A DNA stretch of 64,000 nucleotides, from contig CAYMDO010000008.1 in the NCBI GenBank assembly GCA_964389365.1, positions 5,231 through 69,230 on the forward strand, in the 5' to 3' direction. Origin of the DNA: an uncultured Syntrophomonadaceae bacterium (lineage in GTDB: Bacteria > Bacillota > Dethiobacteria > DTU022). The position numbers and the translations under genes were made by a program. Position 1 is the stretch's first letter; every line of letters starts with the position of its first letter. The notes beneath the pieces are model-generated. The model was not told where the DNA came from, searched no databases, and worked only from the letters and a program-made list of their open reading frames with translations. Positions 40,631-50,778 of this stretch are shown here, in pieces.

Positions 40631-43600
40631 TCAGCTGCCGCCGCAGCATTTCTTGTACTTTTTGCCGCTGCCGCAGGGGCACGGCTCGTTACGGCCGATC
40701 TTCTCCACGCTGGCCGGCTCAGGCCGGGGCGCTCTGCCCCCATGGCCCTCCCCCTCTTCCCGGCGGGCAGCCTGCGGACGGGACTGGGCCGGGGCCGGTC
40801 TGCCTGAAGCCTGGCCGCCACTCATAGCCGCTATCCGTGGCTGATAGCCTGTCGCCCCGCTGGTAACAGCTTTGCGCTGCGGGGCAGCTGCCACGTGTGC
40901 CCTGTATACGGCCCGCACCACATCGGTTTGCACCTGTTGGATCATATCTTCAAACATATCGGCGCTCTGCAGCCGGTATTCCACGAGCGGGTCGCGCTGG
41001 CCAAAAGCCTGCAGGTGGATTTCATGACGCAGTTGGTGCATCACATCGATAAAAAGCATCCAGTGGCGGTCAACAGTTCGCAGCAGCACAACCCGTTCCA
41101 GTTCGCGCATTACTTCCGGCGTCAGATCGCTTTCTCGCTGATCATATGCAATGCGGGCTTCCTGCAGCAACAGTTCGCGCAGGTCGTCTTTTTCGCTGTC
41201 TTCAAGGTTTTTTACACTCAGCTGACCACGGCGGGAAAACAGGTCCTCAACCTGGCTGTGCAGGGCCCTGGCATTCACGTCATCGAGAAACCCTCTTTCA
41301 ATGGTAAATTCACCCACCAGGCGGTCAACGATTTCTTCAACCATGTCAAGGACAGGCTCTTTCATGTTTTCACCTTCCAGCACCCTCCGGCGCTGGCTGT
41401 ATATTATCTCGCGCTGCTGGTTGAGAACATCGTCATAATCAAGCAGGTTGCGCCTGATTTCAAAGTTGCGCGCCTCCACTTTTTTCTGGGCATTTTCAAT
41501 GCCCCTGCTGACCAGGGGATGATCAATCGGAATATCCTCGTCGAGGCCGAACCGGTCCATCAGCGCGGCGATATTCTCGCCGCCGAAAAGCCGCATCAGG
41601 TCGTCTTCCAGCGATACAAAAAACCGGGACGACCCGGGATCGCCCTGGCGGCCGGAACGGCCGCGCAGCTGGTTGTCAATCCTGCGGCTCTCATGCCTTT
41701 CAGTGCCTAAAACATGAAGGCCTCCGAGCTTCAGCACTTCTAGGCGCTGGTTTTCGGTCTCTTCTAGGGCCCGCGGGTACAGTTCATCATACTGCCGGTG
41801 CCAGTGGGCCTTCGTTTCGGGATCGAGCGCCGAATCCTCCGCCCCAAAATTTTTCAGCAGCCGTTCCCGGACCAGGAATTCAGGGTTACCGCCCAAAATA
41901 ATATCGGTTCCCCGACCGGCCATATTGGTTGAGATCGTTACCGCGCCGCGACGTCCGGCTTGGGCGATAATATAGGCTTCACGGCTGTGGTTAACCGCAT
42001 TTAATACTTCATGATCAACTTCCTGCCGCTTTAACATCTTGCTGAGCATTTCAGATTTTTCAACCGAGATAGTTCCCACAAGCACGGGCTGGCCGTGCTC
42101 TTTAAGCCTGATAATCTCATCAACAACCGCCTTGAACTTGGCCCGCTCGGTTTTGTAGATCAGATCGGGTTCTTCTTCCCGGATCAACGGCCTGTTGGTG
42201 GGGATAGATACTACGTCCATGCCGTAAATCTTACGGAATTCTTCTTCTTCGGTTGCCGCCGTACCGGTCATGCCGGCAATTTTTGCGTACATCCGGAAAT
42301 AATTCTGGAAGGTTACCGACGCAACTGTACGGGTAGCCGCCTGAACCTCGACACCCTCCTTGGCCTCGATCGCCTGGTGCAGACCATCCGAGTAGCGACG
42401 GCCGGGCTGCAGGCGCCCGGTGAACTCGTCGACAATAATCACCCTGCCATCCTGAACTATATAGTCAACGTCGCGCTCAAAAAGTGAGTAAGCTTTGATC
42501 AGCTGATCAAAATAGTGGCGGTGCTCGGAGGCAACTTCCGAATCGCGGTCGTCATGATCATCTTCTTCGCCGACCCGGCCATGCCCAAGCCGTAAAAGCT
42601 TCAGCAGGCCGGGGTTGATTTTCTCCAGCTCGCGGTACCCTTTGTCTTTAATATCTGCCAGGCGGGTAGCTTCATCGATAATGTAATAGAGCTCTTCGTC
42701 GAACTGGTTTAGCCGTTTCTCCGTCATCAAGCGCTGCTTGGTCCGCTCAACCAGCTTTTCGATACCCGGCTCTTTCAGGATCTTTAACAGTTTCTTGTTT
42801 TTCGGCGACCCGCGCCTGACCAGCAGCAACCTCTCCGCTGCCGCTTCCTTCTCTTCGGCATCCAAATCCTCGCGGGCGGCAGTCAACAGGTCGTTTGCCA
42901 GCCGCCCCTGTTTTTTTATTAACTGCTCAACTTCATTTTTCCAGCGGCCGTAATCTTCCTGCGATTCAACACGGCTGCTGATAATCAGCGGGGTTCGCGC
43001 TTCATCAATGAGGATGCTGTCAACTTCGTCAACAATGGCATAGTTAATGTCCCGCTGCACCATCTCTTCCCGGTAGATAACCATGTTGTCGCGCAGGTAA
43101 TCAAAACCAAGTTCGTTGTTGGTTGCATAGGTGATGTCGCAGGCATAGTTCCTGCGGCGTTCAGCGGGCTCCATCCCCTGCACGATCAGGCCCACGCTCA
43201 AACCGAGAAATTCGAAGATCGCACCCATCCATTCGCGGTCCCGGCGGGCAAGGTAATCGTTAACTGTAACAATATGCACACCCCTGCCGTCCAGGGCATT
43301 CAGGTATGCAGGCAGGGTGGCCACCAGGGTTTTCCCTTCACCGGTTTTCATCTCGGCAATGCGGCCCTGGTGCAGCACAACAGCACCCAATATTTGGACA
43401 TCAAATGGCCGGAGGCCAATCTTCCGCTCGGCCGCCTCCCGGACCAGGGCAAATGCCTCCGGCAGCAGGTCGTCCAAACTTTCGCCTTCGGACAGCCGCT
43501 TCTTAAACTTTTCCGTCTGGCGGGGAAAATCATCATCTTTGAGATCGGCAGCCCATTCGGCCAGCCCGTTTACCCCAGCTACAACTTTCTCCAGGCGTTT

Positions 43601-43651
43601 AACTTCCTTTTCGTTTGAATCCCCGAATAAATATTTTATAAATCCAGCCAT
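40631..43651 (-). CDS. secA: preprotein translocase ATPase SecA (long form, 1006 aa)
   Basis: MAGFIKYLFGDSNEKEVKRL.., DEAD motor motifs and a C-terminal zinc finger (CPCGSGKKYKKCCG). There is extra sequence in the PPXD/NBD2 area and a long Pro/Ala/Gly/Arg-rich linker. Confidence 0.95.
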   Translation of the reverse strand: MAGFIKYLFGDSNEKEVKRLEKVVAGVNGLAEWAADLKDDDFPRQTEKFKKRLSEGESLDDLLPEAFALVREAAERKIGLRPFDVQILGAVVLHQGRIAEMKTGEGKTLVATLPAYLNALDGRGVHIVTVNDYLARRDREWMGAIFEFLGLSVGLIVQGMEPAERRRNYACDITYATNNELGFDYLRDNMVIYREEMVQRDINYAIVDEVDSILIDEARTPLIISSRVESQEDYGRWKNEVEQLIKKQGRLANDLLTAAREDLDAEEKEAAAERLLLVRRGSPKNKKLLKILKEPGIEKLVERTKQRLMTEKRLNQFDEELYYIIDEATRLADIKDKGYRELEKINPGLLKLLRLGHGRVGEEDDHDDRDSEVASEHRHYFDQLIKAYSLFERDVDYIVQDGRVIIVDEFTGRLQPGRRYSDGLHQAIEAKEGVEVQAATRTVASVTFQNYFRMYAKIAGMTGTAATEEEEFRKIYGMDVVSIPTNRPLIREEEPDLIYKTERAKFKAVVDEIIRLKEHGQPVLVGTISVEKSEMLSKMLKRQEVDHEVLNAVNHSREAYIIAQAGRRGAVTISTNMAGRGTDIILGGNPEFLVRERLLKNFGAEDSALDPETKAHWHRQYDELYPRALEETENQRLEVLKLGGLHVLGTERHESRRIDNQLRGRSGRQGDPGSSRFFVSLEDDLMRLFGGENIAALMDRFGLDEDIPIDHPLVSRGIENAQKKVEARNFEIRRNLLDYDDVLNQQREIIYSQRRRVLEGENMKEPVLDMVEEIVDRLVGEFTIERGFLDDVNARALHSQVEDLFSRRGQLSVKNLEDSEKDDLRELLLQEARIAYDQRESDLTPEVMRELERVVLLRTVDRHWMLFIDVMHQLRHEIHLQAFGQRDPLVEYRLQSADMFEDMIQQVQTDVVRAVYRAHVAAAPQRKAVTSGATGYQPRIAAMSGGQASGRPAPAQSRPQAARREEGEGHGGRAPRPEPASVEKIGRNEPCPCGSGKKYKKCCGGS

Positions 43652-43777
43652 AGAAAGACCCCTTTCAAGCTCTTCAAGCAAAAAAGAACCCCTGCGGTTC
43701 CATAAATTACAGGCTGCACCCCACAAGGGGCAGCCACTGCGCTAATATTATCACCTTAAGCCACCTAAAACAAGGAT

Positions 43778-44899
43778 TTAACAGCGGCCGGCGCCGGCTG
43801 CAAGTTCGTCGCAGACAGCCCAGAGGCTGCCGGCGACCAGCGAGTGACCGCCGAGCAAAACCGGTATTTTGCAGTCTGCGGCAGCACGGGTAAATTCGCG
43901 CAGCCAGGGGTTCTCCAGCTCTCTCCAACAGCCGAGGTCGGACAAAAAGCGTTCCTCGTCTGAAAGGTCAAGCCGGTAATGATAGAAGAGCACCCGGCTG
44001 TCAATAAAGGCACAGCGGGCCACCCGGGCCAGGTAATCAAAAAAAGCCGTGATCCCGGCATGATCAAGCAGCAGCCCCAGCAGCGAGATTACCTCACCGG
44101 ACCCGATCCGCCCCAGCGATTTCATTCCCCGCTCCTCGGAAAAGACCCTCAGCCTCAGCTTCAGATCGGCATTGAGCCGGGCAATTACCGGCGCCCCCAC
44201 CCGGCCAATCAGGGCTACATCTTCATACTCGGCGCTCAAAACCGCCTTGGCGGCGATGAGTTTACTGTAATCAAGCTTCAGTTCACCAAGAGCTTCCCTG
44301 GTCCGGGGCCCGCCAAAAGGCCCGGCCCCCAACACCAGCAGGTCCGAAGGGGTATCGATATCGAAGAGCAGGCCTAGGGTGTGAGGCATCAGTTCCATCT
44401 CAAGATCAAGCTGGTCGCGCAGTGTCAAGGCCAGGCTGTTATCCATCTCCGGCAGCTGCGCCGCCAGAAACCCTTCCGTAACTGTAAAAGCCGTCATATC
44501 GGATGATTGGGTATTATTGGTATAAACATAATTATCGCGCTCCATCAGCCTGCAGGCCACCATCTGTAGTTCCTGATGCGTGATCAACGGACAACCAGCG
44601 CCGCTGAGGCAAAAAACCCTTTTCAGCCCGTGATCTGAAACGGCACTTTTCAGGGTATCGCCAAAATGAAACTCCTGCGGGCCAATGTCATTAAGAAAAA
44701 CCTGCGCCCCCAGGAGGGAAGCAGGTTTTTGAAGTTCCGGACGATTGGTATAGAGGTAGTAATCCTTTATTTCGGAAACCCGGGTCAGCTTTTCAAGATT
44801 ATCCAGCAGGGCGGCCTGCCTCACCCGCGTCATCATCCCTTCCACCGGGGAAAGTGGAGCCGATCCCTCAAAAATAACAGCGCTGACCCCTCTGCTCAT
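43778..44899 (-). CDS. hypothetical two-domain protein
   Basis: 373-aa ORF with local codon usage, between secA and hpf. The N-terminal half ends in ..LLFDIDTPSDL, reminiscent of MobA/CofC-type nucleotidyltransferase folds. I do not recognise the C-terminal half (..FIDSRV..LLGGHSLVAG..). Confidence 0.5.
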   Translation of the reverse strand: MSRGVSAVIFEGSAPLSPVEGMMTRVRQAALLDNLEKLTRVSEIKDYYLYTNRPELQKPASLLGAQVFLNDIGPQEFHFGDTLKSAVSDHGLKRVFCLSGAGCPLITHQELQMVACRLMERDNYVYTNNTQSSDMTAFTVTEGFLAAQLPEMDNSLALTLRDQLDLEMELMPHTLGLLFDIDTPSDLLVLGAGPFGGPRTREALGELKLDYSKLIAAKAVLSAEYEDVALIGRVGAPVIARLNADLKLRLRVFSEERGMKSLGRIGSGEVISLLGLLLDHAGITAFFDYLARVARCAFIDSRVLFYHYRLDLSDEERFLSDLGCWRELENPWLREFTRAAADCKIPVLLGGHSLVAGSLWAVCDELAAGAGRC

Positions 44900-44944
44900 C
44901 GGTAAAACCTCGTCTCGCTTCCAGCCCGGCGGAGGCTTATTTCT

Positions 44945-45481
44945 TTATTCGGGCTCGATCAGGCCGTAGTGGCCATCACGGCGCTTGTAGATCACATTTA
45001 CAGCCTCGCTTTCGGCATTGGAAAAGACGAAAAAGCTGTGGCCCAGCAGATCCATCTGCAAAATAGCTTCATCCACGGTCATCGGTTTCAGGGTAAAGCG
45101 CTTGGTCCTGACAACACGCGGCTCTTCGCTGGCCCTCTCCTCGGCTTCCAGGGCCGCATGTTTTTCACTGATTACCCTCACACCGCGCTGGCGCAGCGTC
45201 CTGGTCCACCTTGTTTTGTACTTCTTGATCTGGCGATCCAGTTTTTCAACCACCAAATCAATTGAGGCATACATATCGCCGGTAGATTCTTCCGCCCTCA
45301 GCATCAGGCCATCTACATTCACAGTCACTTCAACTATATGATCTTCGCGGATAACACTTAAGGCAACCTGCACATCGGTATTATCGTCAAAATGTTTGTC
45401 AAGTTTACTCAGCCTTTTTTCCGCGTAATCGATCAGAGCCGGTGTTGCTTCGATATTCTTGCCGCGCACATTAACCCTCAT
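44945..45481 (-). CDS. hpf: ribosome hibernation promoting factor (long HPF)
   Basis: MRVNVRGKNIEATPALIDYAEKRLSKLDKHF.. plus the C-terminal dimerisation domain. AGGAGG lies 9 nt before ATG 45481. Confidence 0.9.
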   Translation of the reverse strand: MRVNVRGKNIEATPALIDYAEKRLSKLDKHFDDNTDVQVALSVIREDHIVEVTVNVDGLMLRAEESTGDMYASIDLVVEKLDRQIKKYKTRWTRTLRQRGVRVISEKHAALEAEERASEEPRVVRTKRFTLKPMTVDEAILQMDLLGHSFFVFSNAESEAVNVIYKRRDGHYGLIEPE

Positions 45482-45571
45482 GTTCAACAACCTCCTGTTG
45501 ATTGATGCAGAACATAACTTACTATCTATTATACACCAGTTTTATATAATTTCCTTCCCGCCGATATTTCT

Positions 45572-46324
45572 TTAAACGTGCTTCCGCGGCGGGTTATAAG
45601 CAACAACAGCCCCGTAAATAATGGCTCCGCCGCGCTTGAGGCAGCCGGCAGCCTCTTTCATTGTTGCCCCGGTAGAAAATATATCATCAATCAACAATAT
45701 CCTTGTCCCCGCTTCGATCCCGGACGGGCAGGAAAAAGCGCCCCTTACATTTATCACTCTTTCACGGCGTGAAATTTTAGTCTGCGATACGGTTTCCCTG
45801 TTTCTAACCAGCAGTTCGGCTGAAGGTACCTGCAGCTCTTTGGCTACCCGGCGGGCCAGCAGGGCGCTCTGGTTAAACCCGCGTTCCTTCTCACGGCTGC
45901 GGTGCAGGGGAACCGGCACAACCAGCTGCGGCCGAAAACCGGCTTGCCGCTGCAGCTCCCCGGCCAGCCAGCGGCCCAGCGGATGGGCCAAGCTGCGCCT
46001 GCCCCGGTATTTAAGATCGTGCAGCAGGTTCCGCCAGCGCCCCTCGTATAAGCACAGCGCAAACAGCCCCTGCAGCGCGGACCAGGATTGCGAACAGCTG
46101 CATACGGGATTGCCCCCGCTCCGGAGATTGCCGCAGTGGGGGCAGACAAACCCAACCGGCCGGGCTGAAGTGTCACATTCAGGGCAAAATGGCCTGGCGG
46201 CATCCGGCGGAAGCAGGGCGCGGCAGAGCAAACAGCGTTCGGGGAAAAGCAGCTTCAGGATATTTTCATAAAACAGAGAAACGCCAGAAAGTAATAACCG
46301 ATCTTCTGCCCGCTGTTTTGTCAC
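45572..46324 (-). CDS. comFC: ComF family protein (ComFC-like phosphoribosyltransferase-fold)
   Basis: N-terminal Cys pairs (CLLC..CPEC..CPHC) and a C-terminal PRT motif (ILLIDDIFSTGAT). The GTG start overlaps the recD2 stop. Confidence 0.8.
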   Translation of the reverse strand: MTKQRAEDRLLLSGVSLFYENILKLLFPERCLLCRALLPPDAARPFCPECDTSARPVGFVCPHCGNLRSGGNPVCSCSQSWSALQGLFALCLYEGRWRNLLHDLKYRGRRSLAHPLGRWLAGELQRQAGFRPQLVVPVPLHRSREKERGFNQSALLARRVAKELQVPSAELLVRNRETVSQTKISRRERVINVRGAFSCPSGIEAGTRILLIDDIFSTGATMKEAAGCLKRGGAIIYGAVVAYNPPRKHV

Positions 46325-48519
46325 TACCGGTTTCCGTCAGCCTGCAGACGCACATCAAGCAGGCTGTAGCGGCTTTCGGCTTTGTTGTTGCGTACAGCGA
46401 TGGCCAGCGCTTTTTTGCTGCCCACCAGCACGGCCAGTTTCCTGGCCCGCGTGATGCCGGTGTAAAGCAGGTTACGCTGCAGCAGCATGTAATGCTGTGT
46501 CAAAACAGGCATAATAATCACCGGGTATTCACTGCCCTGGCTTTTATGTACCGACACTGCATAGGATAAAACCAGCTCATCTGCCTCGGAAAAATCGTAA
46601 ATCACCGGGCGTGGCTGCAGCAGGTCCCTGAAAGTAACAACCAGTTCGGCTTCCTCCCGGTCGATCGCGGTAATAACACCGATATCGCCGTTATAGACCT
46701 CTTTCTGGTAGTTGTTGCGGATCTGCATCACCTTGTCACCCAGGCGGAAAAGGGTGCCCTTGCCGGTGATTTCTACTTTATTGCGGGCCGGCGGATTCAG
46801 GGCCTGCTGCAGCAGCAGGTTCAGGCGGTCTACACCGGCTGCCGTTTTGCGCATCGGCGTCAACACCTGGATATCCAACAGCGGATCATAGGGGCCGAAG
46901 TTGGGCAGGCGCTCGCGACATAGCTGCACCACTTTGGCGGCTGCCGCTTCTGCATCCTCTTCCAATATAAAGAAAAAGTCTTTATTCTTAACGTTGAGAT
47001 AGGGCATATCCCCCTGGTTTACACGGTGCGCGTTGACGATAATCATGCTTTCGCGGGCCTGGCGAAAGATATGTTTCAGACGGATACAGGCTACTGCCCC
47101 GGAGCTGATCAAATCACGCAGGACATTGCCGGCACCAACCGCCGGCAGCTGATCGACATCACCAACCATGACCAGGCGGCAGCCTGCGGGCAAGGCTTTC
47201 AGCAGATTGTACATCAGAAGCAGGTCAACCATCGAAGCCTCATCCACGATCACCACATTGGCTTCGATCGGGTTTTTATCGTTGCGCAAAAAACGAAAGC
47301 CTTCACCCTCACTGTAATTGTACTCAAGCAAGCGGTGAATGGTAAAAGCATCGGCCGCGGTGGCCTCGGTGACCCGCTTGGCCGCCCTGCCTGTTGGCGC
47401 GGCCAGCAGTACTTTCTGGCGCATCAAGCGAAAGAGGCTGAGCAGCGCTTTTATCGTGGTCGTCTTGCCGGTACCCGGGCCGCCGGTTACCACAAGCACC
47501 CCGTTTTCCAGCGCCCCGATTAGTGATTCGAGCTGTTCGGTGTTCAGGTGCCTGTTTTCCTGGCCGACCCTGGCCAGAACCTGCTCAGCTTCGATAGCCG
47601 TATAGCGATAGGCCAGCTCGCCAATTTTCTTTAAGAGATAAGCCGTACCCTGCTCGGCCTGGAAGAAAGGGGCATAATAAACAGCGTCCCCTTCACCGCG
47701 CGTTTCGCAATAAACCCGCCTCTGCCCGGCCATCAACTGCAGTTCACGTAAAAAAATTTCCTTCTGAAGGCGTTCACCGGTGGTTTCAAGCAGGTCGCGC
47801 ACCTTCTCCAGAAGCTCTTCGCCGGGCAGGTAGACATGGCCCTGCTCGGCGGCCCTGCTCAAAGTGTAGGTAATTGACGCCTGCACTCTTTCAGGCGCAT
47901 CTTCGGGCAAACCAAACTGGCGGGCAATTTTATCGGCGGTTTTAAAACCGATGCCGAATACATCTTCAGCCATGCTGTACGGATTCTCTTTGACCTGCCG
48001 TACCGTATCGGGGCCGTAGCGGCGGTACAGTCGCATCGCCTGGCCGATACCGACACCGTAACCCTGCAGAAAGACCAGCACGTTCTGAACATCTTTATAC
48101 TGGCCGTAACTCCTGATGATGCCTGCTGCCTTAACTGTGCCGATGCCCTCGATTTCCTGCAGGCGGTGCGGTTCCCGCTCCAAAACCTCCAGTGTTTTAA
48201 GGCCAAAGCGGCCTACAATTTTTTCGGCTGTGACCGGCCCGATACCCTTAATCAAGCCCGATGCAAGGTAGCGCTTCAGGCCGGCTTCGGTTGCCGGCAT
48301 CAGCCTATCCCACTGTTCGACCGCCAGCTGTCTGCCGTAGCGATTGTGGAGCTGCCAGCTGCCGCAGATCACCAGGTTTTCGCCCTGCTGCAGGGGCGGA
48401 AAGTTACCGACGATGGTCATTGTGTTATTGTCGCGCAGACGAAAACTGCCGACAAGGTAGCCGTTGTCTTCGTTGTAAAACCTGATCTTTTCCAGTATGC
48501 CTTCATATTTTTCCGGCAT
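46324..48519 (-). CDS. recD2: RecD2-type ATP-dependent DNA helicase (YrrC-like)
   Basis: 731 aa with N-terminal HhH repeats, GGPGTGKTT Walker A, VIVDEASMVD, and a C-terminal SH3/UvrD_C-like region (SVHKSQGSE). Confidence 0.9.
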   Translation of the reverse strand: MPEKYEGILEKIRFYNEDNGYLVGSFRLRDNNTMTIVGNFPPLQQGENLVICGSWQLHNRYGRQLAVEQWDRLMPATEAGLKRYLASGLIKGIGPVTAEKIVGRFGLKTLEVLEREPHRLQEIEGIGTVKAAGIIRSYGQYKDVQNVLVFLQGYGVGIGQAMRLYRRYGPDTVRQVKENPYSMAEDVFGIGFKTADKIARQFGLPEDAPERVQASITYTLSRAAEQGHVYLPGEELLEKVRDLLETTGERLQKEIFLRELQLMAGQRRVYCETRGEGDAVYYAPFFQAEQGTAYLLKKIGELAYRYTAIEAEQVLARVGQENRHLNTEQLESLIGALENGVLVVTGGPGTGKTTTIKALLSLFRLMRQKVLLAAPTGRAAKRVTEATAADAFTIHRLLEYNYSEGEGFRFLRNDKNPIEANVVIVDEASMVDLLLMYNLLKALPAGCRLVMVGDVDQLPAVGAGNVLRDLISSGAVACIRLKHIFRQARESMIIVNAHRVNQGDMPYLNVKNKDFFFILEEDAEAAAAKVVQLCRERLPNFGPYDPLLDIQVLTPMRKTAAGVDRLNLLLQQALNPPARNKVEITGKGTLFRLGDKVMQIRNNYQKEVYNGDIGVITAIDREEAELVVTFRDLLQPRPVIYDFSEADELVLSYAVSVHKSQGSEYPVIIMPVLTQHYMLLQRNLLYTGITRARKLAVLVGSKKALAIAVRNNKAESRYSLLDVRLQADGNR

Positions 48520-48661
48520 GTAACACTGCTCCCCGAAGCGGCTTTTTGCACAGCCAAGGTCTGTTTTACCCGGCGCCGCCGGTCAACCCAAACACCTGTC
48601 TGCCCATTTATACCACAAACAACCGCTTAATCCCTGCTGAATGAATATAAAAGCAGCAGGA

Positions 48662-48699
48662 TGCGAAAAGCCCCCGCCCCCTCTTATGGAGGGGGCGGG
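48662..48699 (-). terminator. rho-independent terminator downstream of metK
   Basis: cccgccccctc (48673-48683) pairs with gagggggcggg (48689-48699) around a 5-nt loop. A CTTTTCG run follows on the minus strand. Confidence 0.7.
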
Positions 48700-48768
48700 A
48701 GTGATATAGGTTTTCAGACAGGGCGGAATAATACCAAAATTAATTTAGATGCCGTTAATAAATATTTT

Positions 48769-49956
48769 TTACAGCGCCTCTTTTAACAGTTCAACCTTAT
48801 CCAACCTTTCCCAGGGCAGGTCAAGCTCAGGCCGCCCGAAGTGGCCATAGGCCGCCAGCTGCTGATAAATGGGACGGCGCAGGTTTAAGTTCTCAATGAT
48901 CGCCGCCGGGCGCAGGTCAAAATGTTTGCGGATCAATTCTTCAATAACCGCAACGGGAATTTTTTCAGTGCCGAAAGTTTCGACCATCAGTGAAACAGGC
49001 TTTGACACCCCGATAGCGTAGGCCACCTGGAACTGGCACTTCGAGGCCAAGCCCGCCGCGACAATATTCTTCGCCACGTGCCTGGCTGCATAAGATGCCG
49101 AGCGATCTACCTTGGTCGGGTCCTTGCCGGAAAAGGCCCCTCCGCCGTGCGCGGCATAACCGCCATAAGTATCGACAATTATTTTGCGGCCGGTGAGCCC
49201 TGCGTCGCCCTGCGGGCCGCCGACCACAAAACGGCCGGTCGGGTTGATCAGGAACCGCGTTTCCGGCAGCAGCATATCGCCGGGCACAATTTTGGCGATC
49301 ACCTGCTCTACCAGGTCTTCTTCAATCTGGGCCAGTGTTACGCTGTCACTGTGCTGGGCTGAAATTACGATGGTCTGGACATGCGAGGGCCGTCCATTGC
49401 TGTAAGCAATGCTGACCTGGGTTTTCCCATCCGGCCTCAGATATTTTAGCTGCCCGCTCTTGCGCACACGAGCCAGCTGCTGGGCCAGCCTGTGGGCCAG
49501 CGAAATCGGCAGCGGCATTAACTCCGGAGTTTCATCGCAGGCAAAACCGAACATCAGCCCCTGGTCGCCGGCGCCTATCAGGTCGTAACCGTTCAAAACA
49601 TCTTTTCCCCGCACCTCCAAAGCCTGGTCGACTCCCAGGGCAATATCGGGCGACTGTTCGTCTATGGAGCTAAGTACGGCGCAGGTATCGCCATCAAACC
49701 CGTACTTGGCCCTCGTATAGCCAATCTCCTTGATCTTGTTACGAACCAACCTGGGGATATCGACATAACAGCTTGTAGTGATCTCGCCGCAAACCAGGAC
49801 CAGCCCGGTGGTGACCATGGTCTCTGCCGCAACCCTGGCCACCGGATCCTGCTCGATAATGGCGTCGAGAATAGCATCTGAAATCTGGTCGGCCAGCTTA
49901 TCGGGATGGCCCTCTGTTACCGATTCGGATGTAAAAAGATAATTGTTCTGGTGCAT
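48769..49956 (-). CDS. metK: S-adenosylmethionine synthetase
   Basis: [39 protein letters not shown]... AAGGAGG precedes ATG 49956. Confidence 0.96.
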   Translation of the reverse strand: MHQNNYLFTSESVTEGHPDKLADQISDAILDAIIEQDPVARVAAETMVTTGLVLVCGEITTSCYVDIPRLVRNKIKEIGYTRAKYGFDGDTCAVLSSIDEQSPDIALGVDQALEVRGKDVLNGYDLIGAGDQGLMFGFACDETPELMPLPISLAHRLAQQLARVRKSGQLKYLRPDGKTQVSIAYSNGRPSHVQTIVISAQHSDSVTLAQIEEDLVEQVIAKIVPGDMLLPETRFLINPTGRFVVGGPQGDAGLTGRKIIVDTYGGYAAHGGGAFSGKDPTKVDRSASYAARHVAKNIVAAGLASKCQFQVAYAIGVSKPVSLMVETFGTEKIPVAVIEELIRKHFDLRPAAIIENLNLRRPIYQQLAAYGHFGRPELDLPWERLDKVELLKEAL

Positions 49957-50053
49957 CGTCTGTTCCTCCTTGATCGTGACTTGGGCTGGAAACTGCAAAT
50001 AAACGCAAAAAACTCTTCTGATTTAATGGTTTAAGGGGTCTTTCCAGCGCCTC

Positions 50054-50740
50054 TTATCTCCCGGGGTCTGGTGGCCACCCCCGGCCGGGGCTGCCTTCAG
50101 GCTGGGCCCGCTGCAGGATAGCAATCACCTCGTCGTCGCCGACCTGCTCAAAATTCCTGTAGAACTGGCCGACAGCGGCAAAATCAACCGGCGCTTCGAG
50201 ATAAACAAGGGCGCTGACCTCTTTCTTCAGGCGGGCAAAGGTTTCAGGCGGGCCAACCGGAACAGCGAGAGCCAGCTCAGCCGGCCCCTGCTGCCTGATG
50301 GAGCCAAGCGCAGCCAGCATGGTATATCCGGTAGCCACGCCGTCATCGACTACGACAACCAGGCGCCCTTCAACTTGCGGCAGCTTCTTTTCACCGCGGT
50401 AGAGCTGCAGGCGGCGGGCAATTTCGGTTTGCTCTTTGGCTGCCTCTTTTTTTACATAGTCGGGGAAAACCCCCAGCCGGGAAATCAGTTCATCGTTAAG
50501 CATTACCACCCCGTTACTGCCGGTAGCGCCGATGGCCAGTTCGCTCCGGTGGGGGGCCCCAATCTTCCGGGTTATGATCAGGTCAAGTTCGCCGCCCAGC
50601 TTGTTGTGAATCTGTTCAGCCACAACAACCCCGCCGCGGGGCACGGCCAGGACCAGCGGGTCACGCCCCTTGTATATTTCAAGTCTTTCTGCAAGCATCT
50701 CTCCGGCTTCACGGCGATCTTTAAATAACATATGCATCAT
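50054..50740 (-). CDS. phosphoribosyltransferase-family protein (predicted)
   Basis: FKDRREAGEMLAERL..LVLAVPRGGVVVA..LVVVVDDGVATGYT is a PRT fold. Substrate unknown. Confidence 0.8.
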   Translation of the reverse strand: MMHMLFKDRREAGEMLAERLEIYKGRDPLVLAVPRGGVVVAEQIHNKLGGELDLIITRKIGAPHRSELAIGATGSNGVVMLNDELISRLGVFPDYVKKEAAKEQTEIARRLQLYRGEKKLPQVEGRLVVVVDDGVATGYTMLAALGSIRQQGPAELALAVPVGPPETFARLKKEVSALVYLEAPVDFAAVGQFYRNFEQVGDDEVIAILQRAQPEGSPGRGWPPDPGR

Positions 50741-50778
50741 CTCCCGTTTTTACTCAGGTTTAAGGTTATTAGCCCGGT

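Noticed and set aside
49957-50053. Possible SAM (S-box) riboswitch in the metK leader. A ctcttatc string near 50051 caught the eye.
   Set aside because: The leader is only ~97 nt. The ctcttatc string is on the wrong strand and lies at the end of the upstream gene. I could not find the S-box core (AGAG.GG.GGAGGGA..GCCC) on the metK strand. There is only a loose 8-bp long-range pairing (GCTGGAAA/TTTCCAGC).
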